A DNA stretch of 64,000 bases, taken from positions 67,011 to 131,010 of the forward strand of contig JARLIE010000040.1 in the NCBI GenBank assembly GCA_031291875.1. Direction: 5' to 3'. Below, in pieces: positions 54,699 to 64,000 of this stretch (its first letter is position 1; the number at the start of each line of letters is the position of its first letter). The DNA comes from Minisyncoccota bacterium (GTDB lineage: Bacteria > Patescibacteriota > Minisyncoccia > Phycocordibacterales > UBA2100). A program made the translations under genes and the position numbers. The notes beneath the pieces are model-generated. The model searched no databases, was not told the DNA's origin, and saw only the letters and a list, made by a program, of their open reading frames with translations.

Positions 54699-56729
54699 AT
54701 GGGCCCAGGAGAGAATCCGGAAGACAGCCAAAAGATCGATCGCTTGCGACAAGCGATGTATTCGCGACGACTTTCCGAGCAGCTGACAGCTCGCGATCGC
54801 AGGAATTTGGAACCTTCTCAACACGTAGTCGGCGACGATTTTGTGCATTCAAGCGATCCACTTCCGCAATCAATGGTCGCGCCGAGGGGAATCGGCATCG
54901 CACGCAAAGCGCTGTGGTGGGTGCTCGCAATTGCGATTCTTTTCTTTATCGCGGCACTCGGCTTCTTTGGCTACTACTTCATCTTCGGCGGAGGGACGCT
55001 CGCGTCTTCTCCTCAAAATATCGATATTGCGGTCTCGGGACCGCCCGAAGTGCAAAGCGGCGGCATTACCGAGCTGCAAGTCATCGTGACGAATCGCAAC
55101 AATGTTCCGCTCAGCCTTTCAACGCTGATCGTCAATTTCCCGCAAGGCACACGTTCGGCGGCCAACCTCTCGCAAGATGAACCAACGCTCACGCAAGATC
55201 TCGGTACGATTGCACCCGGCGCAAGTGTTCAAGGCGAAATTCCGGCAGTCTTTTCCGGGGTCGCGGGCCAGCAGTCCGACGTGAAATTCCAATTGCAGTA
55301 CCACTTGCCGGGCTCCAACGGCGTCTTCATCGCCTCGAGCGACTACGCCATTAAGTTTGGAACATCACCGCTTTCGATCTCGGTCGATGGTAATTCGCAA
55401 ACAGTTTCGGGCCAGCCGATTCAATTCACAGTGAACGTCGCCTCAAACGCCACTCAGCCGATCCAAGGCGCGCTGCTTTCGATCTCGTATCCATTCGGCT
55501 TTTCGCTGACCTCTGCGACGCCGCCCTCGAGCGCGCCGGGTGTTTGGAACCTCGGTACGTTAAGTCCGGGGCAATCGAAATCGGTAACCGTCCAAGGGAC
55601 ACTGACCGGTTCTCCAGGCGATACGCGCACGTTTAATATCGTGACCGGTACGGGATCAACCTCCGCGGCAACCAACCTATCGACTACGCTTTCGAGCGAA
55701 AGTTATGCGATGAACATCACCAGCTCCTTCCTCGGCCTTTCAATCTCGGTCAATGGTGCTTCTTCGACAACCACCGTCGCGCCGGGCGACAGTGTCTCTG
55801 TTTCGATCAACTACACCAACAACCTGCCGACCGCGATACAAAACGCCATCATTGTCGCGAAGCTCTCCGGCGTGCAGATCGACGGCTCGACCGTACGCTC
55901 GTCCAATGGTTTCTATCGATCAAGCGATGCCTCGATGTATTGGGATCAATCGACGACCAACGGACTTTTGACCTCCATTCCGGCGGGTGGCTCTGGAACG
56001 CTTAAGTTCACCTTCACGGCGCCGACCTCGGCGATGCTCACGAACACCACGAACCCGCATCTGGTGATCTCGCTGAGTGCCGCCGGACAGCGCACCGATC
56101 AGACAGGCGCTGTAAAGAACTTGCAGGGAACAGCGCAACAGACGATTGGGATTACGAGCGGACTCGAACTTGCCGCGCAAGGTCTCTACTACGCCGATCC
56201 GTTCGGTTCGACCGGCCCCATGCCGCCGAAGGCCGGCTCGGAGACCACCTATGCGATCGTGTTTACGGTAACGAATACGACGGATCAGATCAAGAACGCG
56301 AAACTCACCGCATACCTCCCGCCGTATGTTCGGTGGCTTGGCACTTATTCTCCGGCGAGCGAAAATATCTCCGTTGATCCGGTGAGCGGAGAAGTCACCT
56401 GGAATCTCGGCACGATCGCCCCAAATTCGGGGGTCAATGGAAACCAGCCGCGCCAGGCGGCGATAGCGATCGGCTTCACCCCTTCGACGTCCCAAATCGG
56501 CTCCCAACCGGCGCTCTTGCAGCACATCGCCCTTTCGGGCCTTGATACGGGCGCAACGACGCCGGTGTCGGCCGGCAATCCCTTCGCCGCGACCAGCTCC
56601 TCGGCGGTCAATCTGAGTGTAAGCGACGTTACAACCAATCTTTCGCAGGTCTCCGAGTCTTCGAGCGGCATGAATATCGGCACTGATCCGGGTTTCACAC
56701 CTACGAGTGCTACGGTTGTCTCCCAATAG
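54699..56729 (+). CDS. Membrane-anchored multi-Ig-like (DUF11-like) surface protein
   Basis: Single TM then repeated beta-sandwich motifs (W.LGTL.PG); GPMPPKAGSETTY. Confidence 0.75.
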   Translation: MGPGENPEDSQKIDRLRQAMYSRRLSEQLTARDRRNLEPSQHVVGDDFVHSSDPLPQSMVAPRGIGIARKALWWVLAIAILFFIAALGFFGYYFIFGGGTLASSPQNIDIAVSGPPEVQSGGITELQVIVTNRNNVPLSLSTLIVNFPQGTRSAANLSQDEPTLTQDLGTIAPGASVQGEIPAVFSGVAGQQSDVKFQLQYHLPGSNGVFIASSDYAIKFGTSPLSISVDGNSQTVSGQPIQFTVNVASNATQPIQGALLSISYPFGFSLTSATPPSSAPGVWNLGTLSPGQSKSVTVQGTLTGSPGDTRTFNIVTGTGSTSAATNLSTTLSSESYAMNITSSFLGLSISVNGASSTTTVAPGDSVSVSINYTNNLPTAIQNAIIVAKLSGVQIDGSTVRSSNGFYRSSDASMYWDQSTTNGLLTSIPAGGSGTLKFTFTAPTSAMLTNTTNPHLVISLSAAGQRTDQTGAVKNLQGTAQQTIGITSGLELAAQGLYYADPFGSTGPMPPKAGSETTYAIVFTVTNTTDQIKNAKLTAYLPPYVRWLGTYSPASENISVDPVSGEVTWNLGTIAPNSGVNGNQPRQAAIAIGFTPSTSQIGSQPALLQHIALSGLDTGATTPVSAGNPFAATSSSAVNLSVSDVTTNLSQVSESSSGMNIGTDPGFTPTSATVVSQ

Positions 56730-56762
56730 CTGCGGCGCTTATTTTGCGCTACACTCTTTCGC

Positions 56763-58070
56763 ATGGCGGACGATAAAATGGAAAAAATAGTCTCGCTCTG
56801 CAAGCGTCGCGGCTTTATCTATCCCGGTTCGGAGATCTACGGAGGCCTTTCGGGCACCTGGGATTACGGTCCCTTGGGTATCGAGCTGAAGAAAAATATC
56901 GAAAATCTCTGGTGGCGGATGTTTGTGCAAGAGCGCGACGACATGTACGGGCTCGACGCGGCCATTTTGATGAACGCGGAGGTTTGGAAAGCGAGCGGCC
57001 ACGTTGCCGGTTTTTCCGACCCGCTCGTTGAATGCAAAAAGTGCAAACGACGGTTCCGAGCGGATCAAGTAGGGCAGAGGTGCCCGGAATGCGGCGGCGA
57101 ATTCGGCCCGGTTCGCCAATTCAATATGATGTTTAAGACGCAGGTCGGCGCCGTTCCGGAAGACGAAGCATCCATCGTGTACTTGCGCCCGGAAACGGCC
57201 GGCGGCATCTTCGTGAATTTCAAAAATGTCGTCGATTCGTTCCATCCGAAGTTGCCTTTTGGCATCGCGCAGGTAGGGAAGGCGTTTCGTAATGAAATCG
57301 CACCGCGCGATTTTACGTTCCGTTCGCGAGAATTTCAGCAAATGGAAATTGAGTATTTCGTACGCCCCGGCGAGTGGGAAGCGTCGTTTGAAATGTGGCG
57401 CCAAAACGTCCATGCCTTCAACAAAGCCGTAGGAATCCCCCAATCCGAAGTACACGAGCTCGAGGTCGCGCCGGAGGATCGCGCACACTACTCGAAGCGG
57501 ACGATTGATTTCGAGTTCGAATTTCCGTTCGGTCGCAAGGAGCTCTACGGCCTCGCGTACCGCACCGATTTCGATCTCACGGCGCACGCGAGTGCTTCGG
57601 GCAAGGATCTTTCATATCTGGACGAAGCGACAGCGGAGCGGTTCGCGCCTCATGTCATCGAGCCTTCTTTTGGTGTCGATCGCACAGTGCTCGCAGTTCT
57701 TTCTTCGGCATACCGCGAAGACGAGCTTGGCGGTGAGAAGCGAATCTATCTTGCGTTCAACAAAGCTGCTGCGCCGATCAAAGCCGCCGTATTCCCGCTG
57801 CTTAAAAACAAGCCCCAACTCGTAGCGAAAGCCCGCGAGGTATATCAACTGCTCAAAAAAGTCGAACCGCGCATCATGTGGGACGACAACGGCAACATCG
57901 GCAAACGCTACCGTCGCCAGGACGAGATTGGTACACCGTACTGCATCACCATCGACTTCGACACGCTCGGCGAAAAGCCGGAATTGATCGACACTGTCAC
58001 ACTCCGCGATCGCGATTCGGGCGAGCAGGAGCGTGTTGCGGTATCAGAGCTTGCGTCCCGCATTGCATAG
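56763..58070 (+). CDS. glyQS: Glycine--tRNA ligase (alpha2 type)
   Basis: KRRGF, YLRPETA, GKAFRNEI, REFQQMEIE, VIEPSFG and YRRQDEIGTP motifs. Confidence 0.97.
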   Translation: MADDKMEKIVSLCKRRGFIYPGSEIYGGLSGTWDYGPLGIELKKNIENLWWRMFVQERDDMYGLDAAILMNAEVWKASGHVAGFSDPLVECKKCKRRFRADQVGQRCPECGGEFGPVRQFNMMFKTQVGAVPEDEASIVYLRPETAGGIFVNFKNVVDSFHPKLPFGIAQVGKAFRNEIAPRDFTFRSREFQQMEIEYFVRPGEWEASFEMWRQNVHAFNKAVGIPQSEVHELEVAPEDRAHYSKRTIDFEFEFPFGRKELYGLAYRTDFDLTAHASASGKDLSYLDEATAERFAPHVIEPSFGVDRTVLAVLSSAYREDELGGEKRIYLAFNKAAAPIKAAVFPLLKNKPQLVAKAREVYQLLKKVEPRIMWDDNGNIGKRYRRQDEIGTPYCITIDFDTLGEKPELIDTVTLRDRDSGEQERVAVSELASRIA

Positions 58071-58074
58071 CTCT

Positions 58075-58470
58075 ATGGAACCGAAATCCGGACCAATCGT
58101 GCTCCTGGTCGACGACGACCAACTGCTTTCCAGTATCATCGCTCGCCGGTTTGCGGCTGAATCGTTTTTGGTAGAACAAGCCGGTTCGGCGGAAGAGGCG
58201 CTGCAGATGCTCCAAAAAGAGGGGAAGCCGGATCTCCTCCTGCTCGACATCCACTTGCCAGGCATGAACGGTTTCGATTTTCTGGAGAAATTGCGGGCGA
58301 CACCCGGTATGGAACACTTACCGGTTATCGTGCTTTCAAATTTCGTCGATCCCGAAGATGTCGAACGCAGCAAACAATTCGGTGTCCTGCAGCATATCCA
58401 AAAGGTAAGTATGACGCCTGCCGAAGTAGTGGAAACGGTAAAAAAGACCATCCAAGAACATCGTAAATAG
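58075..58470 (+). CDS. Single-domain response regulator (receiver only)
   Basis: LLVDDD, LLDIHLPGMNG, PVIVLSN and conserved Lys. Confidence 0.92.
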   Translation: MEPKSGPIVLLVDDDQLLSSIIARRFAAESFLVEQAGSAEEALQMLQKEGKPDLLLLDIHLPGMNGFDFLEKLRATPGMEHLPVIVLSNFVDPEDVERSKQFGVLQHIQKVSMTPAEVVETVKKTIQEHRK

Positions 58471-58531
58471 GTTGCTGTCCGAGCCGCCGAGTCCTCGACG
58501 TTGAGGAATTTGAATATGCTAGGATGGCGCT

Positions 58532-59605
58532 ATGGACAAGGACACTACGATCTCCATCACCTCCGGAACGATTGTCAAAACCCTCCTCATTCTCGCGCTC
58601 GCATGGTTTCTCTATGTGATTCGCGACATTGTTCTTATCGTGCTGACGGCGGTCGTGATCGCCTCTGCCGTTGAGCCCGGGGTTGCTGCGCTGATTAAGC
58701 GAAAGTTTCCGCGCGTCGTTTCTGTTATCATCGTATACCTCACGCTCTTTACCGTCGGTTTCGTCATATTCTATTTCTTCGTTCCGACACTGCTCGCCGA
58801 TTTCGCTACGTTCGTCGTATCGCTTCCGACGTATCTAGACACCTTTACGCACGCGGGCAGTATCAATCAATACGCACAGATTCTCGGTCTTCCGGAGCCC
58901 TCAACTATCACGGCAGCCGACCTTTGGAGCGGCATAACGACCGCATTCAATTTGAATACGGCATTCGGCAACGCGCTCACGGCCGCAACGACGATTTTCG
59001 GCGGCGTCTTTTCGTTCTTCCTTATCATGATTTTTTCGTTCTACTTCGCCGTGCTCGAAACGGGGGTAGACGATTTCCTTCGCATTGTCGTTCCTCGTCA
59101 GCATTCCAAGTATGTCCTCGGGCTTTGGCGCCGTTCGCAGCATAAAATCGGCCTGTGGATGCAGGGGCAGCTGTTGCTCGGCTTCATTATGGGCATTTTG
59201 ATCTACCTGATGCTCACTGTCTTTGGTGTTCCCAACGCGCTCATTCTGGCAGTCATTGCCGCGGTTTTCGAAATCATTCCCGTCTTCGGACCGATCCTTG
59301 CGGCGGTACCGGCGATTATGATCGCGTTCGTGACCGGAGGAGTCCCGCTCGGCGTGATTACGATTTTCATCTATATCATCGCCCAGCAATTTGAAAGCCA
59401 ATTGATTTACCCGCTTGTTGTCTCTCGAGTCGTTGGCGTGCCGCCCTTGCTGGTCATTCTCGCCCTTATCGTAGGCGGTCAATTGGCAGGCTTTTTGGGC
59501 ATTATTCTTTCGGTGCCTGCCGCCGCGACCATCCAAGAGCTTGTGCGAGATATCGAAACAGGCCGTCTGGAGCGGCACGAAGAAGCCGTGGAGAAACATG
59601 CGTAG
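58532..59605 (+). CDS. AI-2E family transporter
   Basis: W..GQL, IPVFGP and QQFESQLIYP motifs. Confidence 0.92.
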   Translation: MDKDTTISITSGTIVKTLLILALAWFLYVIRDIVLIVLTAVVIASAVEPGVAALIKRKFPRVVSVIIVYLTLFTVGFVIFYFFVPTLLADFATFVVSLPTYLDTFTHAGSINQYAQILGLPEPSTITAADLWSGITTAFNLNTAFGNALTAATTIFGGVFSFFLIMIFSFYFAVLETGVDDFLRIVVPRQHSKYVLGLWRRSQHKIGLWMQGQLLLGFIMGILIYLMLTVFGVPNALILAVIAAVFEIIPVFGPILAAVPAIMIAFVTGGVPLGVITIFIYIIAQQFESQLIYPLVVSRVVGVPPLLVILALIVGGQLAGFLGIILSVPAAATIQELVRDIETGRLERHEEAVEKHA

Positions 59606-59645
59606 CCTCTACAAGTGTCGTGCAACGAGCAACTATGTTTAAAAT

Positions 59646-61076
59646 ATGAGAACTTTTTACCTGACGACCACACTTCCGTATGTGAACGCCGATCCGCATA
59701 TCGGATTCGCACTTGAAATCGTGCAGGCCGATATCATCGCGCGCTATCGAAAGCTGCGGGGCGATGACGTCTTCTTCAACACCGGCACCGACGAGCACGG
59801 CCAAAAGCTCTTTGAGGCTGCTAAAAAAGCAGGGAAGACTCCGCAGGAGTACGTCGACGAGTACGCGGCAAAGTTCCGAACGCTGAAGGAGTCACTGAAC
59901 CTTTCGCCCGATCTCCATTTCATCCGAACCACCGATCCGCATCATATCGAAGCCGCGCAAGAAATTTGGCGCCGCTGCGCCGCTGCCGGCGATATCGAGA
60001 AACGAAGTTACAAAGGCCTCTACTGCGTCGGCGACGAGGCGTTCATCAAGGAGTCGGATCTTGTGAACGGCCGCTGCCCCAACCACCCCAATATGGATCC
60101 GGTTATGCTCGAAGAGGAAAATTATTTCTTTTTGCTCAGTAAGTACCAAAAGCCGCTGCTCGAATACCTTTCTCGGGAGGATGTTATTTTGCCGCAGTGG
60201 CGCAGGCAGGAGGCCATCAAGTTTGTCGAGCAAGGACTCGAAGATTTTTCGATTTCTCGCGTCAAAGAAAAGATGCCGTGGGGAATTCCTGTTCCAAACG
60301 ATGAATCGCAAGTCATGTACGTGTGGTTCGACGCGCTTACCAACTATATTTCCACACTCGGTTGGCCCGAAGACGCCGAGGGTAATTTCAAAAAATTCTG
60401 GCAGGAGGGCGAGGTCATGCAGGTGGCGGGGAAGGACCAGGTGCGATTTCAGTCAATTATGTGGCAGGCGATGCTTATGTCGGCCGGAATCAAGACTACC
60501 GATAAGGTTCTTTATCACGGTTTTATAACGAGCGGTGGGCAGAAAATGTCGAAATCACTCGGGAACGTCATCGACCCGATGAATCTCGTGCAGGAATACG
60601 GGGCCGATGCGCTGCGCTATTTTCTCGCCAGACACATTTCGGCCTTCGAGGATTCTGACTTCACGTTGGATCGTTTTGCCGAGGCGTACAACGCGGATAT
60701 GGCCAACGGCTTGGGCAATCTCGTTTCGCGGGTCATGACGCTGGCGCAGAGGAATCTCGATGGTCCTGTTGAGCTACCGGAGCTCGATTTCCCGCAGGAT
60801 TATCGCGAAGCGCTCGATCATTTTGAATTCAGTCGCGCGATGGAACTTGTCGCCGAACGCATTCATGCTGCCGATCAAAAGATCAACGCGACCGAACCCT
60901 TCAAGCTCGTGAAGACCGACCCTGAGAAGGGAAATGCGATTATTCGCGATCTCGTTATCGAGCTCGCCGTGATTCTCTACATGTTGTGGCCGATTATACC
61001 GGAGAAAGGGCATGTCATTTGGGAGGCGATCAAGACGAATACAAAGCCCGAAAACCTCTTTCCGCGCAAAGAATAA
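59646..61076 (+). CDS. metG: Methionine--tRNA ligase (short, no C-terminal OB domain)
   Basis: PYVNADPHIG, GTDEHGQK, YVWFDAL.NY and KMSKS motifs. Confidence 0.97.
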   Translation: MRTFYLTTTLPYVNADPHIGFALEIVQADIIARYRKLRGDDVFFNTGTDEHGQKLFEAAKKAGKTPQEYVDEYAAKFRTLKESLNLSPDLHFIRTTDPHHIEAAQEIWRRCAAAGDIEKRSYKGLYCVGDEAFIKESDLVNGRCPNHPNMDPVMLEEENYFFLLSKYQKPLLEYLSREDVILPQWRRQEAIKFVEQGLEDFSISRVKEKMPWGIPVPNDESQVMYVWFDALTNYISTLGWPEDAEGNFKKFWQEGEVMQVAGKDQVRFQSIMWQAMLMSAGIKTTDKVLYHGFITSGGQKMSKSLGNVIDPMNLVQEYGADALRYFLARHISAFEDSDFTLDRFAEAYNADMANGLGNLVSRVMTLAQRNLDGPVELPELDFPQDYREALDHFEFSRAMELVAERIHAADQKINATEPFKLVKTDPEKGNAIIRDLVIELAVILYMLWPIIPEKGHVIWEAIKTNTKPENLFPRKE

Positions 61077-61093
61077 AAGCTTCACCGTAGAGC

Positions 61094-61122
61094 TTGACAG
61101 CATCATAGTAATGATGCATTAT
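61094..61122 (+). promoter_or_regulatory. Sigma70 promoter with a palindromic operator in its spacer
   Basis: TTGACA-17-CATTAT; GCATCAT-agta-ATGATGC at 61100-61117. Confidence 0.7.
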
Positions 61123-61268
61123 CTTGTACAGATTGTGCATTGACTCATGTTTCGCCCTAGCGCAGAGCTGCTTCTATACGGCAGGTGTGCGCTACGGCGA
61201 AACGGAATACTCCGCGAGCCCGCTGGCAGCTACCCTTCGGGAGTGGCGCTTACTAGGGATGGAAACCT

Positions 61269-61961
61269 ATGAGCAACCTCACTACGCTTTCACAAGCCAA
61301 GAGGCTCCTAACTCTGGTTGATGAGGCTGATCTTGATTCAGGCGCGTTACAGACGCTCTTCAGCGGCTACCTTTCCTCGCTCTTCAAATGCGTGAAAGAA
61401 AATAATTTGCCGACTCTAACCGTGTTCCGCGAGTTTATGAATGCTCGCCGCCAGCTAATTCCCACGTGGATGCTGCTTGCAAGCGACGGTTTCGAAAGTC
61501 TCGAAACGAGATTTGTCGGTAACCTCGTTGCTAAAACGAAGCAGGCGGGTTGGCAGATGAATCATCTTCTGTCGCAGGCAGATGTCGAGGCTTGTGCGAA
61601 ACTTCCTTTCGAACCGTTTCGCGGCCAGCTCGTGAAGATCTCGGCGAGCCAGCTTGGTGTTGATCCGGACCTATTCGGTACCCACGGTTTGACCAATGAA
61701 AACGCAAAATTCTATCTGGCTCGAAAGGCCAGGGAAAGAGGATTGCGGCCGGTGAGTCTGTCGGAAACGTTGCAGCTTTGTTTGCAGTTGTCCGAAGGTG
61801 AGTGTGTGACGTTGTTTTCAACGCTCTTGATTGGAGAGCGCTCGAATAAGATCGAGCTCATTCTCATTAAGGTGGATCGCAATCCGATTGCTCCTCCGTA
61901 TCTCGCGCTCGCGCGCTACGCAGTGGCGTACAAAGACGAGTACGTATTCGCTCGAATTTGA
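61269..61961 (+). CDS. Orphan hypothetical protein
   Basis: 230-aa ORF with its own promoter, structured leader and terminator. Confidence 0.75.
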   Translation: MSNLTTLSQAKRLLTLVDEADLDSGALQTLFSGYLSSLFKCVKENNLPTLTVFREFMNARRQLIPTWMLLASDGFESLETRFVGNLVAKTKQAGWQMNHLLSQADVEACAKLPFEPFRGQLVKISASQLGVDPDLFGTHGLTNENAKFYLARKARERGLRPVSLSETLQLCLQLSEGECVTLFSTLLIGERSNKIELILIKVDRNPIAPPYLALARYAVAYKDEYVFARI

Positions 61962-61978
61962 TTGCACTTTTATTCTTG

Positions 61979-62010
61979 GCCCCCGCGCGAATGGCGCGGG
62001 GGCTTTCTTT
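61979..62010 (+). terminator. Intrinsic terminator
   Basis: GCCCCCGCGC-gaatg-GCGCGGGGGC-TTTCTTT. Confidence 0.88.
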
Positions 62011-62024
62011 GCTATACTTCCGAC

Positions 62025-62837
62025 GTGAAATACTTCGACGCACATACGCATGTGAATTTCGTCGCCTACAAAGACGACACGGAAGCGACCATGAAGCGTG
62101 CTGGGGATGCCGGCGTCGGCATGAATATCGTCGGAACCCAATTTGATACCTCCAAAGCCGCCGTAGAACTTGCGCAGAGCCACGAGAACGTGTGGGCGAC
62201 TATAGGGTTGCACCCGATCCACACGGCGAAGTCTTATCATGATGAAAAAGAGCTCGGCGAGGGTGGCAAGGAGTTTACGTCGCGCGGCGAGCGATTCGAC
62301 GCGAGCGCATACAAGGAATTGGGTTCGGACCCGAAGGTGATCGCGATAGGAGAGTGCGGACTCGATTACTATCGCGCTGATCAGAGCACTAAGAACGTGC
62401 AGATCGAGAATTTCGTAGCGCAGATCGAGGTGGCCAACGACCTCAATAAGCCCTTAATGCTTCATATTCGCAGTGCCTACGAAGACGCGCTCGAAGTACT
62501 CAAGGCCCACGCCGTCGTGAGGGGAGACGTACACTTTTTTGCCGGAGATTGGTCCATTGCTAGGAAGTTCCTCGATCTTGGCTTCACGCTCTCGTTTACA
62601 GGGGTGGTCACCTTCACTCACGATTACGATGAGGTGGTCAAAAACGCCCCGCTCGACATGATCCTGAGCGAAACCGACGCCCCCTACATCACCCCGGTGC
62701 CCCACCGAGGGCAGCGCAATGAGCCGGCATACGTCGCGTATGTCGTGAAAAAGATCGCAGAAATCAGAGGCGATGCTGAAGAGCGAGTTGGCGCTCAATT
62801 GCTCGAAAATGCCAGGAGGGTCTTCGGAATTGCCTAG
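62025..62837 (+). CDS. tatD: TatD family hydrolase
   Basis: DAHTH, GLHP, IGECGLDY, LHIR, ETDAPY and RNEP motifs; GTG start. Confidence 0.95.
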   Translation: MKYFDAHTHVNFVAYKDDTEATMKRAGDAGVGMNIVGTQFDTSKAAVELAQSHENVWATIGLHPIHTAKSYHDEKELGEGGKEFTSRGERFDASAYKELGSDPKVIAIGECGLDYYRADQSTKNVQIENFVAQIEVANDLNKPLMLHIRSAYEDALEVLKAHAVVRGDVHFFAGDWSIARKFLDLGFTLSFTGVVTFTHDYDEVVKNAPLDMILSETDAPYITPVPHRGQRNEPAYVAYVVKKIAEIRGDAEERVGAQLLENARRVFGIA

Positions 62838-62879
62838 CGTTTGCGCGGCGAATTCGCCTGTGGTAAAGTGCCCGAACTT

Positions 62880-63395
62880 ATGGCAGAAGCTGGTATTGAG
62901 AAAACACAGGAAATCGTCTCCGACGAGCGCCTTCCGCGCGTCTATGAAGTTGGCTATCTCGTCTCTTCGACCGTAAAAGAGGAGGAAGTCGAGAAGATCG
63001 TTACCGCTATCCGCCAGCAAATCGAGAAAGAAGGCGGTTCTTTTATTGCAGAAGGAGCCCCGTCGTTGACCCGCCTCGCCTACGAAATCTCTACCCGCGA
63101 GGAGGGCAAGCGCGTCGACCACGACCGCGCATCGTTCGGCTGGATCAAATTTGAAGCTCCGAGCTCTGCCGCGCAGGCCCTCGATGAATCGCTCAAAGCC
63201 AACAATTCCATCATCCGGTACATCGTATTCCGCACCGTTCGCGAAGAGACACGCGCTCACCTCAAGGCCCCGCAGTTGCGCGAAGTGCGTCGCACCGACA
63301 CGATCAAGACGACGGCCAAGCGTCCGGAAGAGCCGGCTGCGCCGGTCTCTGAAGCTGATCTCGACAAGGCTCTGGAAGATCTCACGCAGGAATAA
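62880..63395 (+). CDS. rpsF: 30S ribosomal protein S6
   Basis: YEVGYL, LAYEI and IIRY motifs; upstream of ssb. Confidence 0.92.
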   Translation: MAEAGIEKTQEIVSDERLPRVYEVGYLVSSTVKEEEVEKIVTAIRQQIEKEGGSFIAEGAPSLTRLAYEISTREEGKRVDHDRASFGWIKFEAPSSAAQALDESLKANNSIIRYIVFRTVREETRAHLKAPQLREVRRTDTIKTTAKRPEEPAAPVSEADLDKALEDLTQE

Positions 63396-63397
63396 CT

Positions 63398-63847
63398 ATG
63401 TATCTCAACAAGGCGATGATTTTCGGCAATCTGACGCGTGACCCCGAAATACGGGCGCTTCCCAGTGGCATGAACGTTTGCAGCTTCTCGGTAGCGACCA
63501 ACCGCACCTTTAAGGACCGCGATGGCAAGAAGCAGGAGCAAACCGACTTCCACAACGTCGTCGTCTTTGGTCGCCAGGCAGACACCGTCTCGCAGTATTT
63601 GAAAAAGGGTTCTTCTGCGTTCGTCGAAGGTCGCATGCAGACTCGTAGCTGGGAGGGGAAAGACGGCGAGAAGAAGTACCGAACGGAGATCGTCGCCGAT
63701 CGTGTTCAGTTCGGTCCTCGCGCTTCTGGCTCAACAGGCGGTGGTCACAGCAGCAGTAGCGACGAACAGCCGATGGACGATATGGGCGCAGGCGCCGGTA
63801 TCGATTATCCGAAGGACGATATCAACCCGGATGACATTCCGTTTTAA
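63398..63847 (+). CDS. ssb: Single-stranded DNA-binding protein
   Basis: GNLTRDPE, EGR.QTRSW and C-terminal DDIPF. Confidence 0.98.
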   Translation: MYLNKAMIFGNLTRDPEIRALPSGMNVCSFSVATNRTFKDRDGKKQEQTDFHNVVVFGRQADTVSQYLKKGSSAFVEGRMQTRSWEGKDGEKKYRTEIVADRVQFGPRASGSTGGGHSSSSDEQPMDDMGAGAGIDYPKDDINPDDIPF

Positions 63848-63857
63848 ATCATAATGT

Positions 63858-64000
63858 ATGAACAACATCCTCACGCAAAATGACATTCAGCAGGTAGACT
63901 ACAAAGACGTCGACCTCTTGAAGCAGTTCATCAACCCGCACGGTCGCGTCATGAGCCGCAACCGCACGAATCTCACTGCTAAGCAGCAGCGCCAGGTTGA
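63858..64000 (+). CDS. rpsR: 30S ribosomal protein S18 (partial, runs off the window)
   Basis: [24 protein letters not shown]...TAKQQRQ; follows ssb. Confidence 0.93.
   Translation, partial: MNNILTQNDIQQVDYKDVDLLKQFINPHGRVMSRNRTNLTAKQQRQV

Noticed and set aside
1-64000. Alternative genetic code (UGA=Gly, code 25)
   Set aside because: Conserved genes (cydA, cydB, cyoA, cyoB, ribE, aclB) end at TGA at the expected lengths

Overview
This is a chromosomal window of a Patescibacteria (CPR) bacterium, most likely Parcubacteria of the L1-lacking group (Kaiserbacteria-like). That assignment is inferred from rplK not being followed by rplA, an alpha2-type GlyRS, type-2 IleRS, a pilM-led cluster, CAP/DUF2914/SIMPL genes and standard code 11. 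The core content is secE-nusG-rplK, rplS, rpsF-ssb-rpsR, argS, ileS, glyQS, metG, tmk, ruvX, recO, tatD, a Pif1 helicase, ATP-citrate lyase and five tRNAs (Ser, Arg, Val, Leu, His). Six things stand out. (1) A ~12-kb oxygen-reduction island carries both cytochrome bd (cydAB) and bo3 (cyoABCDE), interleaved with two MarR+MFS pairs and a DoxX protein. (2) A flavin operon has only the late steps (kinase, RibE, RibH, a DMT transporter, an archaeal-type FAD synthase). (3) A putative lipid-remodelling cluster contains two GT2s, a P-type ATPase with PQGL, DedA and a sphingomyelin-synthase-like PAP2. (4) A structurally conserved non-coding element is repeated behind tRNA-Arg and tRNA-Val, and one copy also carries a perfect 20-nt antisense copy of its own tRNA T-arm. 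(5) Most transcription-unit-leading genes have a -10 box 6-8 nt before the start codon (leaderless type), whereas several orphan single-gene cassettes have structured leaders, SD motifs and their own terminators. (6) Several intergenic hairpin RNAs and small ORFs are unexplained. No integrase, transposase, CRISPR array or rRNA was recognised. All protein calls come from motif recognition by eye; no database search was run.
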